NCBI GenBank assembly: GCA_031372065.1
Contig: JANMKN010000027.1
Coordinates: 1 to 33,123, forward strand
Origin: Abditibacteriaceae bacterium
GTDB taxonomy: Bacteria; Armatimonadota; Abditibacteriia; Abditibacteriales; Abditibacteriaceae
Length of the DNA: 33,123 bases
Direction: 5' to 3'
The first letter of the stretch is position 1. Each line of letters begins with the position of its first letter. Below, in pieces: positions 32,978 through 33,123 of the stretch. A model generated the notes under the pieces. That model searched no databases. It was not told the DNA's origin and saw nothing but the letters and a program-made list of their open reading frames with translations. Both the position numbers and the translations under genes were made by a program.

Positions 32978-33123
32978 ATGGAAATGGAAGAAAACACGAT
33001 CAATGCACTTGATTATCTGGCCCCACAACAAGGCCAAAGCGAAATGTCACAGTTCGTGCTGGAAGAGTCGAGGGCGCTCTTGCGCTTGACTCATGGCAAG
33101 CGGCAACTGGACGCAAAGTTGAA
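32978..33123 (+). CDS. Hypothetical protein, 3' truncated by the window edge
   Basis: GGAGGA RBS at 32965-32970; frame open to the end of the window (MEMEENTINALDYLAPQ...). Confidence 0.6.
   Translation, partial: MEMEENTINALDYLAPQQGQSEMSQFVLEESRALLRLTHGKRQLDAKL

Larger units (their letters stand above)
1..33123 (+). mobile_element. Tailed phage / prophage late region (lysis, packaging, head, tail; probably siphovirus)
   Basis: Canonical co-oriented order TerS-TerL-portal-head morphogenesis-scaffold-capsid-head/tail joining-tail tube-tape measure-tail tip; no host housekeeping genes; no integrase or att site visible in the window. Confidence 0.95.

Noticed and set aside
27627..33123. Diversity-generating retroelement targeting tail genes
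   Set aside because: No reverse transcriptase and no adenine-variant repeat pair noticed within the window
1..33123. tRNA/rRNA genes or alternative genetic code
   Set aside because: No cloverleaf with canonical D and T arms noticed; core genes are full length under the standard bacterial code and use all three stop codons

Overview
This window is the late region of a tailed phage or prophage, probably a siphovirus since no sheath or baseplate genes are recognisable; the host cannot be determined. The + strand carries, in order: auxiliary nucleic-acid genes (PAPS-reductase-like, DUF488-ASCH fusion, PD-(D/E)XK nuclease); a lysis-type module (holin-like, NlpC/P60-like hydrolase, membrane proteins) with long RNA-like hairpins between genes; a ParB-like / ABC-ATPase-GNAT / formyltransferase trio abutting the terminase genes; TerS, TerL, portal, head morphogenesis protein, scaffold, decoration protein, major capsid, head-tail joining and tail genes. 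Three things stand out. (1) The terminase-linked trio, whose formyltransferase resembles the thiol-formylating N-terminal domain of 10-formyl-THF dehydrogenase, is a candidate DNA formylation system. (2) A tape-measure gene is cut off exactly at the stop codon of an antisense HNH endonuclease and followed by a ~3.3-kb island and a second, homologous, intact tape-measure gene. (3) That island ends in a Cys-less Com-like gene, a promoter and a leader whose Com-box-like repeats form the 5' arm of a terminator, a candidate antitermination switch for the tail genes. All calls are by eye from motifs and synteny; no searches were run.
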